Assembly (NCBI GenBank): GCA_003574845.1
Contig: NDHY01000001.1
Coordinates: forward strand, 9,043-73,042
DNA from: a candidate division NPL-UPA2 bacterium Unc8
GTDB taxonomy: Bacteria > NPL-UPA2
Length of the DNA stretch: 64,000 nt
Reading direction: 5' to 3'
Part shown: positions 48,054-59,037 of the stretch, in pieces
How positions within the stretch are numbered: position 1 is the stretch's first letter
Layout: every line of letters starts with the position of its first letter
Program-made: the position numbers and the translations under genes
The notes under the pieces: generated by a model
Seen by the model: the letters and a program-made list of their open reading frames with translations, nothing else
What the model was told of the DNA's origin: nothing
Databases searched by the model: none

Positions 48054-48935
48054 TCAGCCTTTGTGCCTGTGTGCCTTTTTCTTTATTATGTAGGTAAGAA
48101 GTTTGTAAATTAGCTTTGCGGCAAGAAAATCAGGAGCAATATTTTCCGGGAGGGGAGCAAGCTCTACTACATCAAAACCAACCACGTTTCTCCTTTGGGC
48201 TAAATATCCAAAGAACTTCATCGCCTGAGTCCAGCTAACTCCTCCAGGCTCCGGATTGCCCACCGACGGCATAATGGACGGGTCAAGGAAGTCCAGGTCA
48301 ATCGTCAAATACACATTTTCTGACAGGGTAGAGATAATCTTATCCGCCACGCGTTTCTCGCCGATGTTTTTTCCTGCGTAAAAGACATTTAATCTCTCAG
48401 TTTGACTAATGTAGTCGGCATCTTCTCTTCGCAGGCTTCTTACTCCAAGGAGCGTCAACGGGGCAAAATCCAGGATTCTTTTTCCTACACAGGCATGGGA
48501 ATGTCTTGAGCCCCCGTATTCTTCGCGCAGGTCGGCATGAGCATCGAGTTGCAGGATAGAGAGGTCTCGATACTCTTCGTTAAATGCCTTTACCATGCCA
48601 ATACTCAGCGAGTGCTCTCCCCCAATCATCACGATAAATTTACCATCGTCTAATAATTTGCGCCCCCGGGCATAAACTCTATCAATTATCTCTTCAGGTG
48701 ATAGCCCATTGCCGCTTACCTTTTTTGCAGTGTGAATGCCAACCCTATAAGCTTCAAATCCTGTCTCCTCCTCATAAAGCTCAAGCTGGCGAGATGCTCT
48801 AATGATAGCTTTAGCGCCTTTTGCTGTTCCTTTCCTGTAAGTTACTGTTCCTTCATAAGATACAGGAAGGATAATCACCCGGGAGGCATCATATCCTGAG
48901 AACTTCTCCTCTAAATCTGCAAAATTAATTCTCAT
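48054..48935 (-). CDS. speB: Agmatinase
   Basis: GGEHS, DAHAD, DLDFLDP and PEPGG motifs; the 18-codon upstream extension in the ORF track is mostly repeat-derived. Confidence 0.92.
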   Translation of the reverse strand: MRINFADLEEKFSGYDASRVIILPVSYEGTVTYRKGTAKGAKAIIRASRQLELYEEETGFEAYRVGIHTAKKVSGNGLSPEEIIDRVYARGRKLLDDGKFIVMIGGEHSLSIGMVKAFNEEYRDLSILQLDAHADLREEYGGSRHSHACVGKRILDFAPLTLLGVRSLRREDADYISQTERLNVFYAGKNIGEKRVADKIISTLSENVYLTIDLDFLDPSIMPSVGNPEPGGVSWTQAMKFFGYLAQRRNVVGFDVVELAPLPENIAPDFLAAKLIYKLLTYIIKKKAHRHKG

Positions 48936-48945
48936 CACGACCCTA

Positions 48946-48982
48946 TTTACCCCATTAGAAAGCTCCGTCTTTCTAACGGGGT
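48946..48982. repeat. Palindromic element at the ychF stop
   Basis: ACCCCATTAGAAAG-CTCCGT-CTTTCTAACGGGGT, 13/14 stem match. Confidence 0.85.
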
Positions 48983-50079
48983 TTACCAAAGCGAAAATGA
49001 ATCACATCTTCATCCTGAACTACATACTGCGGGCCTTCTATCCTGAGAAGACCATTATCTCTTGCTGCTACTGTTGAGCCTGACTCTACCAGATTAGCAA
49101 AAGATATTACTTCAGCACGCATGAAGTTAGCTTCCATATCTGAGTGCACCTTGCCAGCAGCCACGACTGCCACTGTTCCCATCGGAATTGCCCATGCTCT
49201 TACTTTGCCTGCGGTAGCAGTATAAAAGGTAATCAGGTTGAGGAGAGAGTAGCTGGCACGAATTAACTCATCAAGTCCCCGAGATGAGAGCCCCATCTCT
49301 TTTCTCCACCTCCCAGCCTCCTCCGCGCTCAACTCCGCAAGCTCTGCTTCCAACTTAGCAGGGAGAAAAATAGCCATGGCACCCTCTTCAGAAGCTATTC
49401 TTCTGACTCCCTCCCGATGGTCATTAGCTTTTTCATCTTCACTTTCATTAACATTTGCCAGATAAAGGACCGGTTTTGCGCTTAGGAGGTTTAGTATTAC
49501 TGATAGAGAATAAAGCTCTGGATTTTCTTCCTTAATTTGGCGTGGCGATCTTCCCTCTTCTAATGTAGATTTGATTTCCATTAACAACTCTTCTTCCTTC
49601 TCTACCTCTTTCTTTCTCTCCTTGAGCATCTGCCTTACCTTCTGCAGGCGAGCCTCAACAAGGACAAGGTCAGCAAGGACAAGCTCCAGATTGACAGTTT
49701 CAATGTCTCTGACAGCATTGAGACTTCCATTTAGGTGTGAGACATTAGCATCAGAGAAACAGCGCACGACGTGAATTAAAAGATTGACTTTCCTGATATA
49801 GTCAAGGAATTGATTCCCTAATCCCTCTCCCCTGCTGGCACCTCGTGCCAACCCGGCAATATCAAAAAATTTCACCGTAGTGGGTGTAATATCGTCCGTG
49901 CCCGTCACTTCAGCCAGTGTTTTTAACTTTTCATCGGGCACAGCAACCACACTTATGTGCGGTTGAATGGTAGAAAAAGGGTAGTTGGAGATTTTTGCCA
50001 GCGAGCGCTGAGTGATGGAATTAAAGAGCGTAGACTTGCCCACATTTGGAAGTCCAATGATACCACAGGCAAGACTCAC
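48973..50079 (-). CDS. ychF: Redox-regulated ATPase YchF
   Basis: GLPNVGKSTLFN, DIAGL, GEGLGNQFL motifs and TGS domain. Confidence 0.94.
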   Translation of the reverse strand: MSLACGIIGLPNVGKSTLFNSITQRSLAKISNYPFSTIQPHISVVAVPDEKLKTLAEVTGTDDITPTTVKFFDIAGLARGASRGEGLGNQFLDYIRKVNLLIHVVRCFSDANVSHLNGSLNAVRDIETVNLELVLADLVLVEARLQKVRQMLKERKKEVEKEEELLMEIKSTLEEGRSPRQIKEENPELYSLSVILNLLSAKPVLYLANVNESEDEKANDHREGVRRIASEEGAMAIFLPAKLEAELAELSAEEAGRWRKEMGLSSRGLDELIRASYSLLNLITFYTATAGKVRAWAIPMGTVAVVAAGKVHSDMEANFMRAEVISFANLVESGSTVAARDNGLLRIEGPQYVVQDEDVIHFRFGKPR

Positions 50080-50094
50080 AAGATAACCCTCATC

Positions 50095-52105
50095 TTAAAA
50101 CATTGGCGCACAGAGAAGAGACACCGTGGCCATCAGCTTGATCAGGATGTTCAAGGAAGGCCCGGAGGTGTCCTTGAACGGATCGCCGACCGTGTCCCCG
50201 ACCACCGCCGCTTTGTGCTGCTGCGATCCCTTACCGCCGAGGTGTCCCGACTCGATATACTTCTTGGCGTTGTCCCAGGCCCCGCCGGCATTGGCCATAG
50301 TAACCGCCAGCAGAAAGCCGCAGCTGAGGGCGCCAATCAACAGCCCTCCCAGTGCCTCGGGGCCGAGGAAAGGAATCATTCCCACTGCAACAGGAACGAC
50401 GATCGCCATCAGACTGGGGAGGATCATTTCTTTCAGCGCTGCCTTGGTGGTAATATCAACGCACCGGGCATAATCCGGTTTGGCTTCGCCGGTCATGATC
50501 CCCTTTATCTCATGCCACTGGCGGCGTACCTCATTGACCACCAGCATAGCTGCCCGGCCCACGGCATTCATGGTCAGCGCGCTGAAGAGGAAAACCAGCA
50601 GACAACCTATCAGTATGCCGCAGATGACCCTCGGATCAAGCAAGCTCATTGTCAAGGGCTGGCCCAAAACCTCCATTCGACCACCGAAGGCGGCGGTGAG
50701 ACCAAGGGCAGTGAGGGCGGCCGAGCCAATGGCAAAACCCTTGCCCGTAGCCGCAGTAGTATTCCCCATAGCGTCTAGAGCATCCGTTTTCTCCCTTACC
50801 TCCGCTGGCAGATGGGCCTGTTCGGCAATGCCACCGGCATTATCGGCCACCGGCCCGTAGGCATCCGTGGCCAGTGTGATCCCCAGCGTAGAGAGCATAC
50901 CCACCGCTGTGATGGCTACCCCGTAAAGACCAGCAAATTCATAAGCGACCAGAACGGCAATCACCACGAATACGACCGGGGCTACCGTGCTCAGCATTCC
51001 GGTGGAAAACCCGCGGATAATAAGGGTGCCCGTTCCAGTCTGAGAAGCTTCCGAAACGGACCTGGTCGGCTTGTAACTGTAAGAGGTGTAGTATTCGATG
51101 CTCAGCCCGATCAGGATACCCGCTACCAGTCCGGCAAGGATGGAGTAGAATATGCCGATATCCAGATTCATGAAACGGACGGCTAAATAGGAAGCGATGG
51201 CAACCAGTATCGAAGACACCCAGATGCCGCGGCGCAACGCCATGAGCAGGGCTTCCATCTTAAGTTGCTCCCCGACTCGGACAAAAAAGGTCCCGATGAT
51301 CGAGCAAATGATCCCGGTTCCAGCAATTACGAACGGCAGCAAAGCCAGATGAGAATCAAAGGCTATCCCAGCAGCGATAGCTACTGTGAACGTAGCGACG
51401 ATAGCGCTGACATAGGACTCGAAGAGGTCGGCACCCATACCGGCGATATCGCCCACATTATCACCTACATTATCGGCGATCACCGCCGGATTCCTGGGGT
51501 CGTCCTCGGGAATTCCCGCCTCCACCTTGCCCACCAGGTCAGAGCCGACATCGGCGGCTTTGGTGAAAATCCCACCGCCGACCCTGGCAAACAAGGCGAT
51601 GGAGGAGGCTCCGGCACTAAATCCAACGATGATGTCAACGATACCGGCCCCCCAGCCCTGGAAGACGAAGTAAATGACGCTCAGTCCGACCAGCCCCAGG
51701 GAAACGACGCATATCCCCATCACCGTCCCGCTGTTGAAGGCAATGCGGAGCCCGCTATTCAGGCTCCTCATGACTCCGGCGACGGTACGGCAATTCGCCT
51801 TCAGTCCGACCCTCATCCCGATATACCCGGCACCCGCAGAGCAGAAAGTTCCCACCAGGTAGGCGATAGCCACCAGTCCGCGCGGTTCGAGGAAAACCCC
51901 CAGGATGATAGCCACGATCACCACGAACCAGGCCAGGGTCTTATATTGCCGATAGAGGAAAGCCAGGGCTCCTTCCTCGATGGCTGCTGAGATTTCCCGA
52001 ACCACTTTCAGGTCCCCGATCTCTCTTTAACAAGGTGTAGATTAGATAAAGCGCAAAAATAATCCCCACTCCCCCAGCTATCAATGCCATCAAAACAAAA
52101 TCCAT
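50095..52105 (-). pseudogene. hppA: Membrane-bound K+-dependent (Na+/H+) pyrophosphatase, frameshifted near codon 33
   Basis: DVGSDLVGKVE, DNVGDNVGD and GNTTAA motifs. ATG 52105 (GAGGAGG Shine-Dalgarno) encodes TM1 but is 1 nt out of frame with the 636-codon body at 52005. Could be a sequence error. Confidence 0.85.
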
Positions 52106-52142
52106 CCTTCCTCCTCACAGCCTATAAACTATTAGTAGCCTA

Positions 52143-52709
52143 TCAGCCTAACCTATTGTATTTATTCATTGCCTTGTTCACTCCTTCTCTCAAGACAAAC
52201 TCAACCGCCTCAGTTCCTTTAACAACCATCTCTTCTGCAACCGGCTGCTCCTCAGGAGTAAATTCTGCAAGAACGTACTCAGTTAAAACGTTGCTTCTTC
52301 CTTTACCTTTGACTCCAATTCGGAGCCGCTGAAAATTTTTTGTGCCCAGACAATGAATGATTGAATTTATCCCCTGATGTCCACCTGCTCCTCCTTGACA
52401 ACGGATGCGAATCCTTCCAAGTTCTAAATCAGCATCGTCATAAATAATGAGCAGATTTTCTGACGGGATATGGTAGTGATGAAGAAAAGAGTTAACAGCT
52501 ATTCCACTACGATTAATATAAGTAGTTGGCTTTGCCAGAATTACCTCTTCCTTATCCACCGTCCTGCGACCATAAAGAGAAAAATGTCCTTTCTCGCAAA
52601 ACTCAGCATGAATGAGATAGGCAAGTCTTTCAACCACTTTAAAGCCAATGTTATGTCGCATATCCTGGTATTCTTCACCGGGGTTTCCCAGCCCAACGAC
52701 TATCTTCAC
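52143..52709 (-). CDS. pth: Peptidyl-tRNA hydrolase
   Basis: VGLGNPG, RHNIGF, KPTTY and RLRIG motifs. Confidence 0.94.
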   Translation of the reverse strand: MKIVVGLGNPGEEYQDMRHNIGFKVVERLAYLIHAEFCEKGHFSLYGRRTVDKEEVILAKPTTYINRSGIAVNSFLHHYHIPSENLLIIYDDADLELGRIRIRCQGGAGGHQGINSIIHCLGTKNFQRLRIGVKGKGRSNVLTEYVLAEFTPEEQPVAEEMVVKGTEAVEFVLREGVNKAMNKYNRLG

Positions 52710-53359
52710 TGCTTTACTTCCTCTTTCCTTTTTTCTTCTTTTTCCCCTTCTACTACCTCTTCTTTTTCCTCTTCTACTACCTCTTCCTCCTCCGGTAATA
52801 CTTCTTCTTTGATAACAGTTGGTGGAACAATAGAGATTACAGTCTTCTCAGAGTTCGTCACAATTTTCCCGCCTTCCCCAATAGTGAGGTCACGCACATG
52901 GAGCGCATCACCAATATTTAATGAAGAGACATCAATTTCTATTTTCTCTGGAATATCCTTCGGGAGACATTCAACCTCCACCTCCCAGAGCATATGTTCT
53001 AACACCCCACCTATTTTTACGCCAGGTGCTTCACCAGTTAAAGCGATAGGAACAGAAACAATTAACTTCTTTCCCTGTTGGATGCGATAGAAATCAACAT
53101 GCAAGAGCCTACCTGTTACCGGATGACGCTGTACTTCTTTTACCAGAACCATTATCTCCGCATTATTGAGCTTCAGGTTAACAACATTGTGCTTCTGCCT
53201 TATTATCACCTTACAATCCTGCAGTGATAAATCAATAGGCAAGAGAGCTTCTCCCCCCCCATAAAGGATAGCAGGGAGCCTTCCTGCGTGGAACATCCTT
53301 CGAGATGCCTTCTTGCCAGTTTTTTTTCTCAACCCTGCCTCAAGGTAGATTTTTTCCAT
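52706..53359 (-). CDS. rplY: 50S ribosomal protein L25 (CTC type)
   Basis: PAILYG, QRHPV, HVDF and GVKIGGVL motifs; acidic tail. Confidence 0.93.
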   Translation of the reverse strand: MEKIYLEAGLRKKTGKKASRRMFHAGRLPAILYGGGEALLPIDLSLQDCKVIIRQKHNVVNLKLNNAEIMVLVKEVQRHPVTGRLLHVDFYRIQQGKKLIVSVPIALTGEAPGVKIGGVLEHMLWEVEVECLPKDIPEKIEIDVSSLNIGDALHVRDLTIGEGGKIVTNSEKTVISIVPPTVIKEEVLPEEEEVVEEEKEEVVEGEKEEKRKEEVKQ

Positions 53360-53404
53360 CCAGTCCTCCTACAAACTACTTACTACTTACTACCTACTCA
53401 TTTT

Positions 53405-54346
53405 TTATACAAACAATGAACTTACTGAGGTTTCCTTGTGAATCCGCTTAATTGCCTCTCCAAGTAGTTTTGCTACCGATAAAACCTTGATTTTATCGCA
53501 ATCGCCTGAGGCGGCAAATGGTATAGTATTGGTTACTACTACTTCTTGAATTGGAGATTTCCGAAGCTCCTCCACAGCCGATCCCGAAAATACCGGGTGC
53601 GTACAACTCACATAAATATTTTTTGCTCCTCGTTCATTCAATATCCGCGCGGACTCAAGGACACTTCCACCAGTATCAATCATATCGTCAACAAGAACAG
53701 CATTTTTTTTCCTGACAGACCCTATCACATTAAAAACTTTTGCAACGCCTGCCTCTAACCTCCTTTTGTCAACTATTGCCAGTGGAGCTTCAAGCCGCTT
53801 GGCAAACGCTGCTGCTCTCTCCACTGCCCCTGGATCGGGAGCAACAACAACCATATCCTCAATTTTCTTCTTCTTAAAGTAGCTAATCAAAGTAGGAGCG
53901 GCAAAGAGATGGTCTACGGGAATATCAAAAAATCCCTGAATCTGACCTGCGTGCAAGTCCATTACTAATACCCGATGCACCCCAGCGGTGGTAATCAGAT
54001 TAGCTATCAACTTTGCTGTGATTGGAACGCGGGGTCTAACTTTTCTGTCCTGGCGAGCATAGCCGTAGTAAGGGATAACCGCGGTCACCCGCCGCGCCGA
54101 AGCGCGGCGCAGCGCATCAATCATAATCAAGAGCTCCATAAGATTGTCATTCACTGGCGGACATGTTGACTGAATAATGAATACATCCGTTCCCCGGATA
54201 TTCTCTTCTATCTCTACTCTTATCTCCTTATCCAAAAATGTTCCAACCTCTGCTTTCATTAGAGATGTTTTTAAGTACCGAGCTATCCCCTCAGCAAGCG
54301 GCCGATTAGAGTTCCCGCTAAAAAGCCTTAGTGAACCAGCAATCAT
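53405..54346 (-). CDS. prs: Ribose-phosphate pyrophosphokinase
   Basis: YYGYARQDRK, DLHAGQIQGFFD and DDMIDTGG motifs. Confidence 0.96.
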   Translation of the reverse strand: MIAGSLRLFSGNSNRPLAEGIARYLKTSLMKAEVGTFLDKEIRVEIEENIRGTDVFIIQSTCPPVNDNLMELLIMIDALRRASARRVTAVIPYYGYARQDRKVRPRVPITAKLIANLITTAGVHRVLVMDLHAGQIQGFFDIPVDHLFAAPTLISYFKKKKIEDMVVVAPDPGAVERAAAFAKRLEAPLAIVDKRRLEAGVAKVFNVIGSVRKKNAVLVDDMIDTGGSVLESARILNERGAKNIYVSCTHPVFSGSAVEELRKSPIQEVVVTNTIPFAASGDCDKIKVLSVAKLLGEAIKRIHKETSVSSLFV

Positions 54347-54352
54347 AAGTTT

Positions 54353-57082
54353 TCACCCTCCACAACATCGCTTGTACTTCCTGCCACTTCCACACGGGCA
54401 GGGCTCATTCCTTCCAACCTTCCGACTATCGCGTTTATAGGTGGCTACTTCCTGTGACAGTGGCTGCCCAGGAATAGAATCCCGGAGTGGAACATCGGGG
54501 CGAAGGAGCCTATGTGGACCCTTCAGAAAAACACTTTGCATCTGCCCTGCTTTCGGAATCAACCTCACCTGAAAAAGATAACGGATTGTATCTGCATCCG
54601 TTCTCTCAATGAGATCCTTAAACATAGAATGCGATTCAATTTTATACTCTACCAGAGGATCTCTTTCCCCATAACCACGGTAATATATCCCTTCCCTCAA
54701 ATGATCCAGTTCATAAAGGTGGTCTTTCCATTTACTGTCAGTCATCTGGAGGAAGACCATTCGCTCCAACTCCCTTAACTCAGCACTACCAATGTCTCCT
54801 TCTCTCGTTTTGTACATCTCAAAGGCTTTCCTGATGATTATTTCGCGTAACTCTTCCAGCTTCATTTCTTTTACATCTACTTCATTAAGAGATGAGCGGA
54901 ACATCTGATTCACTTCACCAATCAGCCCTTTAACATCCCACTCCTCAGAATCCATGTCAGGATTCATACGCTCATCTAACATTCTATTAATAAATTCTGT
55001 GAGCATATGGTGTATCTCATCGCTGATATCTTCTTCCTCAAGCATCATTTTCCTGTTTTCATATATTACCTGGCGCTGGGTGTTCATCACATCATCAAAT
55101 TCTAACAGGCGTTTGCGGATATCAAAATTCTGGGCTTCAACCCCCCGCTGTGCTCTCTCTATCGTACGGGTTAACAACCCGTGCTCTAATGGCTGCCCCC
55201 GTTCCCAGCCCATTTTATCCATAATAAAGGATACTCTCTCTGAGGCAAACATTCGCATTAGATTGTCCTCTAATGAGAGGTAGAATCTGGAAGAGCCCGG
55301 GTCTCCTTGTCTCCCCGCCCGTCCACGCAACTGGTTGTCGATTCTACGTGCCTCATGACGCTCCGTACCCAGAACGTGGAGCCCTCCTAAGGCAACAACC
55401 TTCTCGTGCTCGGCGGTAATTTCTCTTTCAATTTCAGCAAGGACCTCCTGAAGTCTTTCTCTACTCACCTTATTATAGTCCATTCCAGCATTCTTAAGCC
55501 GTGCCTTTGCTAAAAATTGTGGATTGCCGCCTAATAAAATATCGGTCCCGCGTCCTGCCATATTGGTGGCAATCGTTACGGCACCAATCCTTCCTGCCTG
55601 AGCAATTATCTCTGCCTCCTGTTCATGATAGCGAGCGTTGAGGACATTGTGGGGGACTCCTCGCTTAAATAGCATGCGGGAGAGGACCTCGGACTTTTCA
55701 ATGGAAATTGTTCCTACCAATACAGGTCGGCCCTGCTGGTGGAGCCCGGTTATCTCTTCTACCACTGCCTCAAGCTTCTCATCAAGGGTCTTGTAGATTA
55801 CATCAGAATAATTCGTGCGAATAAGTGACCTATTGGGAAGAATAATAACAACACCTAATCTGTATATTTTGTGAAATTCCGCCGCTTCGGTTTCGGCGGT
55901 TCCTGTCATCCCGGCCAACTTATCATAGAGTCGAAAATAGTTCTGTAGAGTGATGGTAGCTAATGTTTGATTCTCTCGTTCAACCTTAATTCCTTCTTTT
56001 GCTTCAATCGCTTGATGCTGTCCATCTGACCAGCGCCTTCCCGGCATCAGCCTCCCGGTAAATTCATCAACAATAATGACCTGTCCATCCTTGAGCATAT
56101 AGTCAACATCGCGCTTGAAAAGACTATGAGCTTTCATCGCCTGGGTAAGATGATGAACCATCCCAATTTCAGCGAGGTCTTCAAAGAGATTTGGCTGTTC
56201 TAATTTTTTCTGGCATCTTGCCATCCCTTCTTCAGTTAGTTCAACAGAGCGATGCTTTTCATCCACAAGATAGTCGCAACCCACGCCTAACTCTATTCCA
56301 TTATTCTTGGCATCAATCCTTTCTGCCTCAGTAACGAACTTAGCTCTGAGCTGCCGTACTACCCTATCTGCGGTGCGGTATATATCCGTTGCCGCTTCAG
56401 CGGGCCCGGAGATAATCAAAGGAGTGCGCGCTTCATCAATCAATATGTTATCTACTTCATCAACAATTGCATAGTAGAAACCACGCTGCATCACATCCTC
56501 TTTACGAATTACCATGTTATCTCTTAAATAATCAAAGCCAAATTCATTGTTTGTGCCATAGGTAATATCACACCTGTAGGCATCGTGCCTCTCCTGAGAA
56601 GCCATATCATGCTGGAGTACACCAACCCTAAGTCCCAATGATTCGTAAATTGGCCCCATCCAGTCCCGATCACGCCGGGCAAGATAATCATTGACAGTAA
56701 TCAGGTGACATCCTTTTCCCGTCAATGCATTGAGATAAAGAGGCATTGTCGCTACCAGAGTTTTACCTTCACCGGTAGCCATTTCTGCAATCTTGCCCTG
56801 ATGAAGGACCTGTGCTCCCATTAACTGCACGTCAAAGGGTCTCATCCCCACGGTGCGCTTAGCAGCCTCCCTGACAACGGCAAACGCATCAACGAGAATA
56901 TCGTTCAGACTCTCGCCATCAGAAAGTCTTTGCTTGAAAATATCGGTCTTCTCACGCAGTTCGGCATCAGACAGTTTAATGAGTTGGGATTCAAGAAGGT
57001 TGATTGCCTCCACAGTTGGCTGCAATCTCTTTAGCGCTCTCTCATTACTTGACCCAAATATTCTGGCAAGAAAATTAAACAC
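54353..57082 (-). CDS. secA: Preprotein translocase SecA
   Basis: MATGEGKT, DEVD, NMAGRGTDI and SEC-C (CPCGSGRKYKRCC) motifs; GTG 57082 is the likely start. Confidence 0.96.
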   Translation of the reverse strand: MFNFLARIFGSSNERALKRLQPTVEAINLLESQLIKLSDAELREKTDIFKQRLSDGESLNDILVDAFAVVREAAKRTVGMRPFDVQLMGAQVLHQGKIAEMATGEGKTLVATMPLYLNALTGKGCHLITVNDYLARRDRDWMGPIYESLGLRVGVLQHDMASQERHDAYRCDITYGTNNEFGFDYLRDNMVIRKEDVMQRGFYYAIVDEVDNILIDEARTPLIISGPAEAATDIYRTADRVVRQLRAKFVTEAERIDAKNNGIELGVGCDYLVDEKHRSVELTEEGMARCQKKLEQPNLFEDLAEIGMVHHLTQAMKAHSLFKRDVDYMLKDGQVIIVDEFTGRLMPGRRWSDGQHQAIEAKEGIKVERENQTLATITLQNYFRLYDKLAGMTGTAETEAAEFHKIYRLGVVIILPNRSLIRTNYSDVIYKTLDEKLEAVVEEITGLHQQGRPVLVGTISIEKSEVLSRMLFKRGVPHNVLNARYHEQEAEIIAQAGRIGAVTIATNMAGRGTDILLGGNPQFLAKARLKNAGMDYNKVSRERLQEVLAEIEREITAEHEKVVALGGLHVLGTERHEARRIDNQLRGRAGRQGDPGSSRFYLSLEDNLMRMFASERVSFIMDKMGWERGQPLEHGLLTRTIERAQRGVEAQNFDIRKRLLEFDDVMNTQRQVIYENRKMMLEEEDISDEIHHMLTEFINRMLDERMNPDMDSEEWDVKGLIGEVNQMFRSSLNEVDVKEMKLEELREIIIRKAFEMYKTREGDIGSAELRELERMVFLQMTDSKWKDHLYELDHLREGIYYRGYGERDPLVEYKIESHSMFKDLIERTDADTIRYLFQVRLIPKAGQMQSVFLKGPHRLLRPDVPLRDSIPGQPLSQEVATYKRDSRKVGRNEPCPCGSGRKYKRCCGG

Positions 57083-57393
57083 AAAATATGCCCTTCTAAA
57101 AAATGCAAAAATCAAACAAAAGATTCACAGCTCACGAAACGTTGAAATTAGAAATTTGGCTTTCATGCTTTTATGTTGTTCTTCCCAATTTCCAGTTTCC
57201 AATTTCATCTCTCTCTACCCTCTACTCTCTACTCTCTACCCACTCATTTTGAATTACCTCTATTTTACTATAAAAACCTTGAAGCCTGCAAGAAAAATTC
57301 TGCTTCAACATTTCAACTTTTCAACTCCTATCCTGACTTATATTAGCAAGGCACAGAGGCACAAAGTTTACTCCTATCAGCCGCTCGGTAAAC

Positions 57394-57551
57394 AAATTCT
57401 AAACTCTAAATCCTACCCTGAACTTGATTCAGGGCTAAATAAATTCAAATGTTCCAAATCCAAATAACCAAAACTACGTCTTGAATTTCGGTAATTTGAG
57501 TTTTGAGTTTGTTTAGAGTTTAGAGTTTAGGGTTTCGTATTTAGGGTTTCG
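57394..57551. mobile_element. Composite MITE-like element, copy 2
   Basis: Core 57406-57514 matches 40652-40760; the right arm supplies the gmk stop codon. Confidence 0.85.
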
Positions 57552-58176
57552 CACTTTGTTTCTTTGTTTCTTCGTTTCTTTGTTTCTTTGTTTCTTCGTT
57601 TCTTCGTTTCTTTGTTTCTTTGTTTCTTCGTGCCTGAGATGTGATGATTGAACACACATCTGATACTGCCTGTGACAGATCATAATTAACTATTCTGTGG
57701 TCATATGCTTGAAGCATCTCCATCTCAAGTCTGGCATGCGAAAGTCTTCTTTTAATCTCTTCTTCCAATTCACCTCTCTTAATCAAGCGAGACCTGAGAA
57801 CTTCAAATGATGGAGGAAGCAGAAATATAAGGCATGCAGAGTCGCTTTTCTTTTTTATCTGTTGTGCACCCTGAATGTCAATATCAAGAAGGACATTCTT
57901 CCCTGAGCTGAGCTGAGCATCAATAAATTTTTGCGAAGTTCCATAGAGATTTCCATAAACCTCAGTCCATTCAATAAACTCTTCTCTCTTGATTTTTTTC
58001 TTAAATTCTTCCCTTGAAATGAAAAAGTAGTCCTTCCCTTCCACCTCTCCCGGACGTGGGCTGCGGGAGGTAGATGAGATGGAATAAGCAAGTTGAGGTA
58101 ATCTCTTCAGGACAGCTCGGCAGATAGTTGTTTTTCCGCCTCCTGAAGGTGAAGATAGCACAAAGAGAAGGCTCAT
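57541..58176 (-). CDS. gmk: Guanylate kinase with repeat-encoded tail
   Basis: SPSGGGKTT, TSRSPRPGE..GKDYFF and YGT motifs; tail from GAAAC(A/G)AA 8-mers at 57554-57630. Confidence 0.94.
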   Translation of the reverse strand: MSLLFVLSSPSGGGKTTICRAVLKRLPQLAYSISSTSRSPRPGEVEGKDYFFISREEFKKKIKREEFIEWTEVYGNLYGTSQKFIDAQLSSGKNVLLDIDIQGAQQIKKKSDSACLIFLLPPSFEVLRSRLIKRGELEEEIKRRLSHARLEMEMLQAYDHRIVNYDLSQAVSDVCSIITSQARRNKETKKRRNEETKKQRNEETKKQSAKP

Positions 58177-58179
58177 TTT

Positions 58180-58899
58180 TTATTCACTCCTGGCAACTGT
58201 CAATACATTGACCCCTTGCGCTCCTGCGGTTAGGAGAGCTCTTGCGCATTCATCTGCAGTTGCCCCTGTGGTAAAAACATCATCAATGAGAAGGATGTTT
58301 TTGTTGATAACTCCATTATTCCGTGCTACCTTGAAAAGTCCTTTGACGTTTTTTAGCCTCTCCTGGTGGGATAACTGGGTTTGGGAAGGGGCGTTTCTGG
58401 TGCGATGCAGGCTTGTGGAAATTGGAATTCCAATCTCTTTACTCACGACAGCAGCTAATAGCTGTGCCTGGTTGAAACCCCTTTCTCTGTATCTTCTCTT
58501 GTCAAGGGGGACGGGCACGAGAAGCTCAGCTTTACTTAAATCCTGCTTATAGCAAGCCAGGTCAATAAGAAACTTTCCCAGAGGACGGGCGAGATAAGTT
58601 TTTTTATTGTATTTGAGCAAGTGAATACATTCTTTTAATACCCCATCGTAAATTCCTGCTGAGCGAGCTTTCTTAAAATAATGTTTTTTTTCTTTACAGG
58701 ACATGCAAGGCGAAATAGCTGATTTTTTTCCGCAGCAGGAGCAGATGTCTTCCTTAATAATTAATCTAATTTTCCCCAGACACTCAGCGCAAAGGTACTG
58801 CCTTCCTAAGCGGACTTCTAACCCTTTATGACAAACGGCGCAGCTAAAAGGAAATATAAGATCAGATAATCCATTAAGAAGGAGGGAAAATTTATTCAT
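58180..58899 (-). CDS. comF: ComF-family phosphoribosyltransferase
   Basis: Double Zn ribbon, PVPL..R..ERGFNQ and LIDDVFTTGAT motifs. Confidence 0.9.
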   Translation of the reverse strand: MNKFSLLLNGLSDLIFPFSCAVCHKGLEVRLGRQYLCAECLGKIRLIIKEDICSCCGKKSAISPCMSCKEKKHYFKKARSAGIYDGVLKECIHLLKYNKKTYLARPLGKFLIDLACYKQDLSKAELLVPVPLDKRRYRERGFNQAQLLAAVVSKEIGIPISTSLHRTRNAPSQTQLSHQERLKNVKGLFKVARNNGVINKNILLIDDVFTTGATADECARALLTAGAQGVNVLTVARSE

Positions 58900-59037
58900 A
58901 TACCCTGAACTTATTATAAAGAGCAGATAGTGTCAAGAAGAACCAAGATGATAATTACTTCTTGACATATACACTCTCCTCATATAATTAGTAATCTCTG
59001 AAAGAGAAAAAAGTAAACGGGGTAAACCGAGAGGTTA

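Noticed and set aside
49957-51990. Long plus-strand ORFs opposite hppA
   Set aside because: Shadow frames expected from a GC-rich gene; no recognisable motifs.
58908-58988. Divergent TTGACA/TATAAT promoters between comF and the epimerase
   Set aside because: Consensus boxes are spaced 12 and 15 nt; promoters probably exist here but cannot be placed confidently.
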